The notes: generated from the sequence alone by a model not told the origin. Positions 1 through 10,371 are shown, counted from the first letter of the stretch. The stretch: DNA of 64,000 nt from an uncultured Acidobacteriota bacterium (GCA_963836075.1 CAWIIB010000009.1:2656001-2720000); one strand, 5' to 3'. Numbers and translations: made by a program.

Positions 1-1131
1 TGCATCGGCCTGGGGCATGCCGACCGGGAGGGGGGCAGCAATTGCGGCGAGATTCATGTGTTTCTCAGCCGGCCGCCACTCGATGCCGTGCCCCGGCTGG
101 TGGCCGGGCCGGGGCCGTTGGCTTCGAACCCCTCCGAGGTTCGAGTGTGGGACGCATTTCGTCATGAGGGGTATCTTGAATCCTTCCGGCCCTGGCTGGT
201 GAACGCCTACGGCACGGTGGTGGCCAGCGGTGACCTGGATGGCGACGGGTATGGAGAGATCGTGGTAGGGCCGGGCCCGGGAGCGCACCATCCGCCGCTG
301 GTGGTGATCACCGATGGGGAAGGACAGAGGTTGGATAATTTCCTGGCCTATGGGGTGCGGCGTTATGGGTGCAATGTGGCCTGCGGCGACCTGGACGGGG
401 ACGGGCGGGACGAGATTCTCACCGGGCCTGGGCCCGGGAAGGTTTTTGGTCCGCATGTCCGGGGGTGGGGGTGGAGCGGGGCGGGGGTGAGTCCTCTGCC
501 CGGGTTGAGTTACATGGCGTACGGGACGCTGCGGTTCGGCGTGAATGTCACCTGTGGCGACATCGATGGCGACGACGCGGATGAGATCATCACCGGTGCG
601 GGGCCGGGGGAAGTGTTCGGCCCGCATGTTCGGGGCTGGAACTGGAACGGTTCAACGGTCATGCCCATCGCCGGGGTGAGCTTTCTGGCATACGGGACCA
701 ACCGGTTCGGGGTGAATGTCAGTTGCGGTGATATCGACGGCGACCTGATTGCCGAGATCGTCACCGGGCCCGGCCCGGGGGAGATGTTCGGTTCCCATGT
801 GCGGGGCTGGAACTATGATGGGCAGTCGCTTGCGGTGATGCATGATGTGAATTTCATCGCCTATCCTGAGTTAACGAATGGCTTCGGTTGCGTGGTGGCC
901 TGCGAGGACGTTGACAACGACCGGGTCTGCGAGATACTGACCCTCCCGGGTACGCATCCTGATTATCCCGCCAGCCTGAAGACCTGGAACCATGACGGGA
1001 ATACGCTCGAACTGGTTGAGCGGCGGAATTTCCTGCTCTTCGAAGAGGGTGCCTACGGCGCCGGCGGCCATGTGGCCCTGGGGCGGCTGTGGGATGAGCC
1101 GGGATATCTTGATCCCCCCGGATCTTACTGA
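1..1131 (+). CDS. FG-GAP-like repeat protein, C-terminal part (5'-truncated by the window)
   Basis: Frame open from base 1; repeated units 'vacGDlDGDGxdEIvtGpGpGxxFGPHVRGW...F.AYGt.rfGvNV'. Confidence 0.8.
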   Translation, partial: CIGLGHADREGGSNCGEIHVFLSRPPLDAVPRLVAGPGPLASNPSEVRVWDAFRHEGYLESFRPWLVNAYGTVVASGDLDGDGYGEIVVGPGPGAHHPPLVVITDGEGQRLDNFLAYGVRRYGCNVACGDLDGDGRDEILTGPGPGKVFGPHVRGWGWSGAGVSPLPGLSYMAYGTLRFGVNVTCGDIDGDDADEIITGAGPGEVFGPHVRGWNWNGSTVMPIAGVSFLAYGTNRFGVNVSCGDIDGDLIAEIVTGPGPGEMFGSHVRGWNYDGQSLAVMHDVNFIAYPELTNGFGCVVACEDVDNDRVCEILTLPGTHPDYPASLKTWNHDGNTLELVERRNFLLFEEGAYGAGGHVALGRLWDEPGYLDPPGSY

Positions 1132-1186
1132 TGTCACAAGGTATTGTGCCCTGACCGGGGGCAGGCGTGCTCTCCTCGACGGGCAT

Positions 1187-2896
1187 TCATGCGATCTCTT
1201 TCCATGCCGCTCGCAGCCGCCGGTGACGTTTCAGAGATGCCGCAAAACTGCGTTCACGGGGGCCGCCCTTGGCCCGCATCAGCCGGACCAGTTTCACCTT
1301 GTCCGCGGCCGGCCAGCGAGCGAGGTCGGGGATCGGCCCCACGAGCAGGCAGAAGCTGTTGAAGGCCTCGACTTCGCCGGCACGCCAGCGGGTCTGATCG
1401 ATCGGCCCCAGCAACTGGTGGGCCCGGTGGATGGACCAGCGGCGAGCGCGTTCACGGTCACCGTGGAACCGTTTGCCGATCCAGCGGGTGATCCCGAGGC
1501 TCAGCTCAGCCGGTTCGAAGAGACGATCACGATCCACCGGCCGGAGCTGGAGTTCGAGCGGGTATTGCACGAGGCGCCGCAGTACCCGCGGTGACGTGCG
1601 ATAATGGCGGTCGGCCTCCATCCGGCGCCACTCCCGGCCGGCGGCCTGGCGAAGAGCCGGGTTCTGCGAACGGAACCCGAAACGGTAATAGAACCACAAA
1701 GCCCCGGTCTCGATCGCTTCGGGGTTGCCGGCGCCGATCTGATACGGGTCCACGGTGAAGCGCTCCAGGGCGAAGCGGTGACGGTAGAGCCGCAGCAGCT
1801 GCCCGAAGGTGTTCATACTCTCTCCGCCGCGGAAGGTCTCGAAGATGTTGAGGCCGATTTCACAGCGCCCGCAGAAGACCCACCCGCCCCCGTAAGCGAT
1901 GGGCACGCGGTTTTTCATCAGAATGTAGCCGTAGTAGGTTTCGATCGGCATGCGGTGACCGGGGAGGAGCCCGAACAGCGCGACGTCCACTCCGGCCCCC
2001 ATGTCGAACACCGAAACATCATCCACCGTGGCGCAGGTGACCGGGTCGATTTCGCGGTGCCGCACCGCCAGCACCGAACGAGCGAAATCGATGACCTTTT
2101 CGGCCTGCCGCCGGGGGCAGCGCCCGCCCTTGCCCAGGGGCTCGTCCAGCAGACGGGACACATCGAGTTCACGGGCCAGCGGTTCCCGCTGGTAGCTCGT
2201 CACCCGCCGCGGCAGTCGTGCCAACGTCCGTGAGGCACCAGCGCGGCGCAGCACCCAGCGGATCCGCAGTTCGAACAGATCGAACACCTTGTCGCGAAAC
2301 CGGGGGTCGAGATCGATCCAGGAAAAACGGCGCAGCACCCACAACAGATCTGATTCCCGCTTCGCTCCCTGCCGGCCGCGGGCCATGGCCAACCACTCCC
2401 GGGTGCTCAGGGTCACATCGTCCAGACCGTTGTTCTCCACCGGCTCCACCAGCGAACCGAGCATGGCGTCGAGCCCCTCACCGGCCGACTCTCCATCCCA
2501 GGCGATTTCGGTATCACGGGGGTAGTGCCCGGCCAGCCACGTGGCCAGCTGCACCGAGTACTGGCAATGGGTGACGGTTCCGGCAATCCCCGAGTCGGCC
2601 AGTATGTGCATGTCGGAAGGCTCTTCGCGGGCGGTCATTTCCCTGGCCGCCGCATCCACCCGCTTGAGCTCACCCACCGCCAGATCCAGCATCGGCCGGT
2701 CATCGGGGAAGGCGCAGACAAAGAGCAGGAGTTCGTGATAGTCAAAAAGAGCCGCGGCATCATCGATGGGACAGCGGGAGGCCGCACGCAACAGGCGGCG
2801 GCGCTGAACCCGGGGCCGGCTGCCGTATGCCGTCCTGATCCGGGCCAGGCCGGTGACGATTCCGGCCAGTCCGTCTGTTTCAGCCGATCGATCCAT
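1187..2896 (-). CDS. Hypothetical protein (569 aa)
   Basis: Long ORF with protein-like composition, co-oriented directly downstream of the SDR gene; no family recognised. Confidence 0.65.
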   Translation of the reverse strand: MDRSAETDGLAGIVTGLARIRTAYGSRPRVQRRRLLRAASRCPIDDAAALFDYHELLLFVCAFPDDRPMLDLAVGELKRVDAAAREMTAREEPSDMHILADSGIAGTVTHCQYSVQLATWLAGHYPRDTEIAWDGESAGEGLDAMLGSLVEPVENNGLDDVTLSTREWLAMARGRQGAKRESDLLWVLRRFSWIDLDPRFRDKVFDLFELRIRWVLRRAGASRTLARLPRRVTSYQREPLARELDVSRLLDEPLGKGGRCPRRQAEKVIDFARSVLAVRHREIDPVTCATVDDVSVFDMGAGVDVALFGLLPGHRMPIETYYGYILMKNRVPIAYGGGWVFCGRCEIGLNIFETFRGGESMNTFGQLLRLYRHRFALERFTVDPYQIGAGNPEAIETGALWFYYRFGFRSQNPALRQAAGREWRRMEADRHYRTSPRVLRRLVQYPLELQLRPVDRDRLFEPAELSLGITRWIGKRFHGDRERARRWSIHRAHQLLGPIDQTRWRAGEVEAFNSFCLLVGPIPDLARWPAADKVKLVRLMRAKGGPRERSFAASLKRHRRLRAAWKEIA

Positions 2897-2943
2897 CTTC
2901 GTTCGTCACCTCAATCACCGGGATATCAACCTCAGCCATCCGG

Positions 2944-3645
2944 TCAGAACGGGTTGGTGGCGAAGACCGAGAACTCCGGAATGAAGCCGCGGTTGTCCAG
3001 CTTGAGGGCGCCGACGATGGCGTCGGCGATCTCCCGGGAACGGAGCTTCTTCTCCGAATGCTCCCGCTGGTAGCCGGCCTTGGCCGCAAAGTCGGTCAAC
3101 ACCTCGCTGGGGTTGACCAGCGTGACCCGCACGTTGTGCGGCCGCAGCTCATCGCGCCAGCAGTCGGTCATGCCCCGCAGCGCGAACTTGGACGAGCTGT
3201 AGGCGGTGCTCCCTTTCCCGCCCTTGAGCCCCGAGGTGGAGGAGATGTTGATCAGTTCTCCGCTCTCCTGCTTGACGAACTGCCGCGCGGCCTCCCGGGC
3301 CATCAGGAACGCACCGAAGACGTTGGTGCGGTACACGCCCTCCATGTCGCCGAGGTCCATTTCCACCAGCGGTTTGAACACGCCGTAGCCGGCGTTGTTG
3401 ACCAGGATGTCCAGGCGGCCGTGTTTCTCGATCACGGACGCCACGGTTTCAACCGCGTGAGCCTCGTTTCCCACGTCTCCGGCCATGGCGTCCAGGCCCA
3501 CCGCGTCAGCGGCGGCACGCAGCTTCTCCTCGTCCCGGCCGGTGATGGTCACCAGTGCGCCCTCGTTCTTCAGTGCTTCGGCGATGGCCCTGCCGATGCC
3601 TTCGCTGCCTCCGGTGACCAGTGCCACCGTGCCGTTGATATCCAT
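2944..3645 (-). CDS. SDR family NAD(P)-dependent oxidoreductase
   Basis: TGGSEGIG, NNAG and YSSSK motifs; GGAGG before ATG at 3645. Confidence 0.93.
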   Translation of the reverse strand: MDINGTVALVTGGSEGIGRAIAEALKNEGALVTITGRDEEKLRAAADAVGLDAMAGDVGNEAHAVETVASVIEKHGRLDILVNNAGYGVFKPLVEMDLGDMEGVYRTNVFGAFLMAREAARQFVKQESGELINISSTSGLKGGKGSTAYSSSKFALRGMTDCWRDELRPHNVRVTLVNPSEVLTDFAAKAGYQREHSEKKLRSREIADAIVGALKLDNRGFIPEFSVFATNPF

Positions 3646-3925
3646 GGGTCCCTCCACTACCGGTGTTCAACCGCAGCCCTCCAGACAGTGCGGGGCAGCG
3701 GTGCGTTCAATACTCATCGTTCCATCATTTCACTGTATCATATGGAACTCCCCGGCCCCTCGGCGCTGCTCGAAAACTGCCGGTCCCGAAGGTCCGGGAT
3801 GATACACTGGGGGCCGCTGCCGCGGGGGGGTGCCGCTTTGTTGCGCCGTCACGGGCGGTGTGCTACCATTTTGCCTCGTTTTACCTGTCAGAGCGTGATA
3901 TTCCAATCTCAGGGAACATGAGCAC

Positions 3926-4717
3926 ATGAATGGCGGCGGGCTGGAATACTGGAAGGACTTCGAAGGCGAGATCGAGCCCGGCTCCGAGGAGGAGCAGTTG
4001 CTCGGCACTATCGACGCCGACCGTCTGCCCGCGCACATCGCCATCATCATGGACGGCAACGGCCGCTGGGCCCGCAGCCGCAAGCTGCTCCGGGTCCAGG
4101 GACACCGCGCCGGCATCGATTCGGTGCGCGACACCGTGGAGACGGCCACCCGGCTGAAACTGCAATCCCTGACCCTCTACGCCTTCTCCATGGAGAACTG
4201 GAAACGCCCGGTGGACGAGGTGAGCACGCTGATGAAGCTGCTCCGCAAGTATCTCAAGATCGAACTGAAGACCCTGCTGGACAACAATATCCGGTTCCGC
4301 GTGCTGGGACGGATGGAAGGGTTGGAAGGTGTGATCCAGGAGGAACTGCGCGATGCCGAAGAGCGCACCGCCGGCAACAGCGGCCTGATGTTCAACATCG
4401 CGCTCAACTACGGCGGGCGGGCGGAGATCGTCGATGCCTGCCGCTCCCTCTGCCGGGAACTGCTGGAGACCGGGGCGTCTCTGGAGGACCTGGACGACCA
4501 GTCGTTTGCCCGCCACCTCTACACCGCCGGTCAGCCAGACCCGGACCTGCTCATCCGCACCAGCGGGGAGTTCCGGATCAGTAATTTTCTGCTGTGGCAG
4601 ATCGCCTACACCGAGATCTGGTTCACCGACACCATGTGGCCCGATTTCCGGAAGAAGCATCTGTTCCAGGCCATCATCGATTTCCAGAAACGGGACCGGA
4701 GATACGGGGGCATTTGA
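3926..4717 (+). CDS. uppS: Undecaprenyl diphosphate synthase
   Basis: HIAIIMDGNGRWA, YAFSMENWKRP, LLIRTSGEFRISNFLLWQIAY, RRYGG. Confidence 0.97.
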   Translation: MNGGGLEYWKDFEGEIEPGSEEEQLLGTIDADRLPAHIAIIMDGNGRWARSRKLLRVQGHRAGIDSVRDTVETATRLKLQSLTLYAFSMENWKRPVDEVSTLMKLLRKYLKIELKTLLDNNIRFRVLGRMEGLEGVIQEELRDAEERTAGNSGLMFNIALNYGGRAEIVDACRSLCRELLETGASLEDLDDQSFARHLYTAGQPDPDLLIRTSGEFRISNFLLWQIAYTEIWFTDTMWPDFRKKHLFQAIIDFQKRDRRYGGI

Positions 4718-4752
4718 GCCCTGCCTCATCGGTTGTCCGGCCCGGCGTGTCC

Positions 4753-5574
4753 ATGAAACGAATCCTCACAGCCATTGTCTTCCTGCCGCTGTTCTATGTC
4801 CTGAACAGCCTGCTGCCGCCGGCGGTCTTCGTCTCCTTTGCCGGGCTCTGCGCCGTGCTCGCCGGCTGGGAGCTGTCCCGCCTGGCCAAAGCCCGGGGGC
4901 TGGTGAGCCACTGGCCGCTGAACTCGGCCTGCGCGCTGCTGGTCTGCCTGGCCTTTGCCGCACCGCAGGTCGGCCCGACCGGTGTGAATATGCCGCTGGC
5001 CGCCATGGTGCTGGGCATCCTGGTGTTGACCATGACCTATCTCTTCAGCTGCCGGGAGGTGACCCGCTACCTGGGGTCGCTGGCCGTGGCCCTGCTCAGC
5101 TGTTCCTACATCGGGCTGCTCATCGGTTTCCAGGTGGCCCTGCGGCTGGCCGGGGGGGAGATCCGCGGCGACTACCTCATCTACTATCTCTACATCGTCA
5201 TCTGGATCGGCGATGCCGGCGCGCTGTACACCGGCCGCAGCCTGGGGCGGCACAAGCTGGCCCCGGCGCTCAGCCCGAACAAGACGGTGGAGGGGGCGGT
5301 GGGCAGCCTGGTGGCCTCGGTGCTGGGCTCTCTGGCTGTGCGGGCCCTGTTCATCCCCCAGCTGGGGCTCTTCGATGCCCTGGCCCTCGGTGTGCTGCTC
5401 AACATTCTCGGCCAGCTGGGCGACCTGGCCGAGTCGGGTCTGAAGCGGAGCGCCGGCGTGAAGGACAGCGCCTCCTTCATCCCCGGCCATGGCGGTATCC
5501 TGGACCGCGGCGACAGCCTGCTCTTTACCGGGCCCGCGCTCTACTACTATTACATCCTCCTCATCGTGGGCTGA
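4753..5574 (+). CDS. cdsA: Phosphatidate cytidylyltransferase
   Basis: Multi-TM; SPNKTVEG, GDLAESGLKR..GVKDS...PGHGGILDRGDS; start moved to MKRILTA. Confidence 0.95.
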   Translation: MKRILTAIVFLPLFYVLNSLLPPAVFVSFAGLCAVLAGWELSRLAKARGLVSHWPLNSACALLVCLAFAAPQVGPTGVNMPLAAMVLGILVLTMTYLFSCREVTRYLGSLAVALLSCSYIGLLIGFQVALRLAGGEIRGDYLIYYLYIVIWIGDAGALYTGRSLGRHKLAPALSPNKTVEGAVGSLVASVLGSLAVRALFIPQLGLFDALALGVLLNILGQLGDLAESGLKRSAGVKDSASFIPGHGGILDRGDSLLFTGPALYYYYILLIVG

Positions 5575-5611
5575 GGCGGCGCGCCCCGCACGGGGGCGGA
5601 GAGCGGAACCA

Positions 5612-6784
5612 ATGACCTGCCGTCTTGCCATTCTCGGCTCCACCGGTTCGGTGGGCCGGTCCACCCTCGAGGTGGTGGACCGCCACCCCGATCGTCTGGC
5701 GGTGGCCGTGCTGGCTGCCGGGCGCAATATCCCGCTGCTGCTGGAACAGGCCCGGCGCTACCGGCCGCGGCTGATCTCCCTGGAACGGGAGGAGGACCTG
5801 TCCCTGGTCCGGCCGCTGGCCGGTGAGCTGGGGGCCGATCTGCTCTGCGGCACAGCGGGTCTGACCGCGGCGGCGACCCACGGTGACGCCGACCTGGTGG
5901 TCTCGGCGGTGGTGGGTGGTGCCGGGCTGGCCCCCACGGTGGCCGCGGTGCGCCAGGGCAAGCGGGTGGCCCTGGCCAACAAGGAATCGCTGGTCATGGC
6001 CGGTGAGCTGATCGTCTCCACCGCCCGGCAGACCGGCGCCGAGATTCTCCCCCTGGACAGCGAGCACAGCGCCCTGCAGCAGTGCCTCCACGGCCGTTCC
6101 CTGGACCAGGTGGCCCGGCTGGTGCTCACCGCGTCGGGCGGCCCGTTTCGCGGCTTCACCCGTGAGCGGCTGGCCGGGGTCACCCCGGCCCAGGCCCTGG
6201 ACCACCCTACCTGGGAGATGGGACGCAAGATCAGTGTCGATTCAGCCACCCTGATCAACAAGGGGCTGGAACTGATCGAGGCCTGCCACCTGTTCCAGGT
6301 CTCCCCGTCGCGGGTGGAGGTGCTGGTCCACCCGCAGAGCGTGGTCCATGCCATGGTGGAGCTGGTGGACGGCACCACCCTGGCCCAGTTCGGGCCGGCC
6401 GACATGCGTCTGCCCATCAGGCGCGCCCTGTCCCACCCCGGGACCTGGGCCCCGCCCTTCGAGCCGCTGCTGGACCTGGCCCGACGCCGGCCGCTCTCTT
6501 TCGAGCCGATGGACCATGACACCTTTCCCTCGATCAACCTGGCCCGCCGGGCCATGGAACTGGGGGGGACGGCGCCGGCGGCGTTCAGCGCGTCGAACGA
6601 AGTGGCGGTGGATGCGTTTTTAGAGGGGAGGCTCCCGTTCACCCGCATCTGGGACCTGATCACCGGCGTCCTGGACCGGCACACGGTGCGGCCGGCGGAT
6701 TCGCTCCGGGCGGTGGAAGAGGCGGCCCGGGAAGCGCGTCAGACGGCGAAGCGTCTGATCAACAGTTCGGCGGAGCAGCGATGA
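5612..6784 (+). CDS. dxr: 1-deoxy-D-xylulose-5-phosphate reductoisomerase
   Basis: LGSTGSVG, ALANKESLV, LDSEHSA, LTASGGPF, HPTWEMGRKISVDSATL.NKGLE. Confidence 0.97.
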   Translation: MTCRLAILGSTGSVGRSTLEVVDRHPDRLAVAVLAAGRNIPLLLEQARRYRPRLISLEREEDLSLVRPLAGELGADLLCGTAGLTAAATHGDADLVVSAVVGGAGLAPTVAAVRQGKRVALANKESLVMAGELIVSTARQTGAEILPLDSEHSALQQCLHGRSLDQVARLVLTASGGPFRGFTRERLAGVTPAQALDHPTWEMGRKISVDSATLINKGLELIEACHLFQVSPSRVEVLVHPQSVVHAMVELVDGTTLAQFGPADMRLPIRRALSHPGTWAPPFEPLLDLARRRPLSFEPMDHDTFPSINLARRAMELGGTAPAAFSASNEVAVDAFLEGRLPFTRIWDLITGVLDRHTVRPADSLRAVEEAAREARQTAKRLINSSAEQR

Positions 6785-7881
6785 ACACTGATGTCATGGA
6801 ACAGGGTGCGATGAGACGGCAGAGCCGGCCGGTCTTTCTGGGCGGCCTGCAGGTGGGCGGCGGTGCGCCGGTTTCCATCCAGTCGATGACCAATACCCGT
6901 ACCGCCGACGTGAATGCCACCGCGGCCCAGATCGCCAGGCTGGAGGCCGCCGGTTGCGAGGTGGTGCGGCTGGCCGTGCCCGACATGGCGTCGGCCGCAG
7001 CGCTGGGTGAACTGAAGAAACGGGCCCGGGTGCCTCTGGTCGCCGACATCCACTTCGACCACCGGCTGGCCCTGGCCGCGGTGGACGCCGGGGTGGACGG
7101 GCTGCGGATCAATCCCGGCAACATCGGTTCCCCCCGGCGGGTGGAGGCGGTGGCCCGGGCGGCCGGGGAGCGCGGCCTGCCCATCCGCATCGGGGTCAAC
7201 GGCGGGTCCCTGCCCCGGCGGCTGCTCCGCCGGTTCGGCGGAGCGACCCCCGAGGCCCTGGTGGAGTGCGCCCTGGAGCAGGCGGCCCAGCTGGAGGGGG
7301 TGGGGTTCGGGGCGATCAAGATCTCGCTCAAGGCCAGCGACGTGGCCCGGACGGTGGAATCCTCTCGCCAGCTGGCCCGGCGCACGGACTACCCGCTGCA
7401 CCTCGGGGTCACCGAGGCCGGTGCCGGCCGTCCGGCAATGGTCCGGTCGGCCCTGGGCATCGGCATCCTGCTGGCCGAGGGAATCGGCGACACCATCCGC
7501 GTCTCGCTCACCGGGGATCCGGTGGATGAAATCGGTGTGGCCCGTGATATCCTTCAGGGACTGGGACTGCGGTCCTTCGGCCCGGAGATCGTATCCTGCC
7601 CCACCTGCGGCCGGGTCCAGGCCGAATGCGGCGAGGAGTTCGTCCGTATGTCCGCCGCCATCGCCGAGGGTGTGGCCGGTTTGAAGACGCCGCTCAAGCT
7701 GGCGGTGATGGGCTGTGAGGTCAACGGTCCCGGCGAGGCCCGGGAGGCCGACCTGGGTCTGGCGCTGGGCAGGGGAGAGGGCGTGCTGTTCCGCAACGGC
7801 AGTGTCCTGCGCCGGGTCCCCATTGAGCGGGTGGTTGAGGAATTCATTGCCGAGGCCGTACGGCTCGACACCAAGGAATGA
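6781..7881 (+). CDS. ispG: (E)-4-hydroxy-3-methylbut-2-enyl-diphosphate synthase
   Basis: IQSMTNT, ADIHFD, RINPGNIG, GIGDTIRVSL, SCPTCGR, VMGCEVNGPGE. Confidence 0.97.
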   Translation: MNTDVMEQGAMRRQSRPVFLGGLQVGGGAPVSIQSMTNTRTADVNATAAQIARLEAAGCEVVRLAVPDMASAAALGELKKRARVPLVADIHFDHRLALAAVDAGVDGLRINPGNIGSPRRVEAVARAAGERGLPIRIGVNGGSLPRRLLRRFGGATPEALVECALEQAAQLEGVGFGAIKISLKASDVARTVESSRQLARRTDYPLHLGVTEAGAGRPAMVRSALGIGILLAEGIGDTIRVSLTGDPVDEIGVARDILQGLGLRSFGPEIVSCPTCGRVQAECGEEFVRMSAAIAEGVAGLKTPLKLAVMGCEVNGPGEAREADLGLALGRGEGVLFRNGSVLRRVPIERVVEEFIAEAVRLDTKE

Positions 7882-7890
7882 AATGAGGTC

Positions 7891-10371
7891 ATGGTGAATC
7901 TAAAGAAAGTAGAGGTCAGGGATATCTTCGGCGCTCCAGGCCACCGGGAACTGGCGCTGCTCTGGGCCCTGGGGCTGGGCGGGATGGTTCTCTCGCTGGT
8001 ACTCTTCTTCTCCAGTGCGCCGGGGGCCCACGTCATCGCCCGGGTGGACCAGGACCAGGCTCGGGAAATTGCCATGGACTTCCTCGGCCAGCTTGGAATA
8101 CAGGGCGTGGAGGGGATGAGCGCCATCGAGACCATGAACACCCAGTCGGCCCACTACCTCTACCTCGATGAACGATACGACAGCTGGGAGGAGATCGAAC
8201 GGGGACAGGAACAACTGCCCGTGGGCAACTGGGCCTTCCAGTGGGAGGATGCCGGCTTCTTCGACCCTGTGGCGTCGGACAATTACCGGGTCAACGTCGA
8301 TTTCAACGGCCGGGTGATGGCCTACCGCCACAGCGGCATCGATGACGATTCAGGAGCTCATCCCGGCCGGGAGCAGGCCATGGCCATGGCCGGGAAAGCC
8401 CTCACCGCCGCCGGCATCGACCCGGCCCGTTGGGTGCTGGATGATTATTCGGAGCACAAGATCGAGGAGCGGACCGATTCGCTGCTGACCTGGGTCCCGG
8501 TGGAGCAGGGGGAGGAAGACATCCCCTACAAGATCACCATGACCCTCCACGGCAGCACCCTCGAGGCGGTGCGGATCAATCCCGGGCTGCCCGACCGTTT
8601 CTCCCAACTGGTGGAAAAGCACGAACAGCGGGCGGCCCTGATCCGCGGACTTCCCCGGTCGGTGGCCGGTTTCATGCTGCTGGTGGTTCTCGCCGCCGTA
8701 TTTCTCCGCCGTTACCACCAGGGCGAACTGGGGGTCAACCGTGGAATGCTGCTGGCCTCGATCTTTTTTGTCCTCTACTCCGTGGTGACGGCCATTGTCC
8801 TGCCGATTATCTTCGCCTCCACCGATGTGGGCGTGCTCAACATGGCCCAGGAAAAAGTGTTCATGTCGGTCTTCATGTTCGCTTTCCTCACCTTCGGCGC
8901 CAGCCTGCTGGTTTTTGTGGGCTACTCCGTGGGTGAGTCCTATGCCCGCGAAGGGTGGGCCGGGGTATTGCAGGCGGTGGACGGCCTCTTTGCCCGGCGG
9001 GTCTTCACCCGCTCCTTCGGCTGGTCGGTGCAGACCGGCTACCTTTGCGGCGCCGCACTGCTGGGGCTGGCCTCGGTGGCCCACTGGCTCTCCTACACTA
9101 TTCTGGGCTACCGCTTCCCGCACAGTTTTTCGCACTGGTCGGCATCGTGGCCGGTACTGCTGCTGTTCATCGGACCACTGGCCGGGGCGATATTCACCGA
9201 GACGGCGATCCGGCTTCCCCTCCTGGCCCTGGGCCGCTCCCTGCTCCCGCGGCGGCCGGGTCTCGGTCTGTTTCTCGGCGCCCTGGTCTCCTCCCTCTTC
9301 TTTGTGGTCTACTGCGATTTTCCCGCCCCCGATCATCTCTGGCTGGGTCTGGGGCTTTTCCTTCTCCTCGGCCTGCTGGGCTGTGCGGTGCTGGTCCGTT
9401 ACGGCCTGTTGGCCGCCATCTGGGCTACCTTCTTCAGTTCCATTCTGATTCCCCTGGGGCCGATGTTCACCTCCGGGCTGCCCTCGGTCAGGCTGGTCTC
9501 GATCATCGGTTTCTGCGGGCTGCTGGTGCCGGTGGTCCTGGCGGCGGCAGCTTTCCGCATCCGTCAGCCGGAGGAGGAACACAAGGACCTGCTCCCCGCC
9601 CACATCCGCCGGATCACCGAGCGGGAGCGGATGCAGAAGGAACTGGAGATCGCCCGCCACGTACAGATGAAGCTGCTGCCCAAGGAGTCCCCGCAGCTCC
9701 CGGGCTACGACGTGGCCGGTGTCTGCCTCCCGGCCACCGAGGTGGGCGGAGACTATTTCGACTTCATCAGCCTCGGGCGGGGCAAGCTGGGTATCGCCGT
9801 GGGCGACGTCTCGGGCAAGGGTGTATCGGCGGCGATCTACATGACCCTGACCAAGGGCATCCTGCAGTCCCACGTGGGCTTCGACGATTCGCCGGTGACC
9901 GTGCTGGGCCGGGTGAACAGCCTGATCTACCGCACCATCGAGAAAGGGATATTCATCAGCCTCTTCTATGCCGTGCTCGACACCGCGGCCCGGAAACTGA
10001 TCTACAGCCGTGCCGGCCACAACCCCGGGTTCCTGCTCAAGCAGGATTCCGTCGACTTCGAGTCGCTGCACCCGCCGGGGATGGCCCTGGGGCTGGACGA
10101 GGGCGCCCTCTTTTCCAGCATCATCGAGGAGAATACGGTTTCGCTCACCGCGGGCGACGTGCTCGTCTTTTACACCGACGGGATCACCGAGGCGATGAAC
10201 GTCCGCGAAGAGGAATACGGCGAGGATCGCCTGATGAAGTGCATCTCGCACAACTCCCACCTGCCCAGCAAGCAGATGGTGGACCAGATCACGGCCGACG
10301 TGAACCGTTTTGCCGGCACCCAGCCGCAGCATGACGACATCACCCTGGTGGTGATGAGAGTCCTCGACTAG
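7891..10371 (+). CDS. Membrane-anchored PP2C/SpoIIE-family (RsbU-like) phosphatase
   Basis: N-terminal TM, extracytoplasmic region, many TMs, then EVGGDYFD, GDVSGKG, AGHNP, YTDGITEA, DDIT. Confidence 0.9.
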   Translation: MVNLKKVEVRDIFGAPGHRELALLWALGLGGMVLSLVLFFSSAPGAHVIARVDQDQAREIAMDFLGQLGIQGVEGMSAIETMNTQSAHYLYLDERYDSWEEIERGQEQLPVGNWAFQWEDAGFFDPVASDNYRVNVDFNGRVMAYRHSGIDDDSGAHPGREQAMAMAGKALTAAGIDPARWVLDDYSEHKIEERTDSLLTWVPVEQGEEDIPYKITMTLHGSTLEAVRINPGLPDRFSQLVEKHEQRAALIRGLPRSVAGFMLLVVLAAVFLRRYHQGELGVNRGMLLASIFFVLYSVVTAIVLPIIFASTDVGVLNMAQEKVFMSVFMFAFLTFGASLLVFVGYSVGESYAREGWAGVLQAVDGLFARRVFTRSFGWSVQTGYLCGAALLGLASVAHWLSYTILGYRFPHSFSHWSASWPVLLLFIGPLAGAIFTETAIRLPLLALGRSLLPRRPGLGLFLGALVSSLFFVVYCDFPAPDHLWLGLGLFLLLGLLGCAVLVRYGLLAAIWATFFSSILIPLGPMFTSGLPSVRLVSIIGFCGLLVPVVLAAAAFRIRQPEEEHKDLLPAHIRRITERERMQKELEIARHVQMKLLPKESPQLPGYDVAGVCLPATEVGGDYFDFISLGRGKLGIAVGDVSGKGVSAAIYMTLTKGILQSHVGFDDSPVTVLGRVNSLIYRTIEKGIFISLFYAVLDTAARKLIYSRAGHNPGFLLKQDSVDFESLHPPGMALGLDEGALFSSIIEENTVSLTAGDVLVFYTDGITEAMNVREEEYGEDRLMKCISHNSHLPSKQMVDQITADVNRFAGTQPQHDDITLVVMRVLD

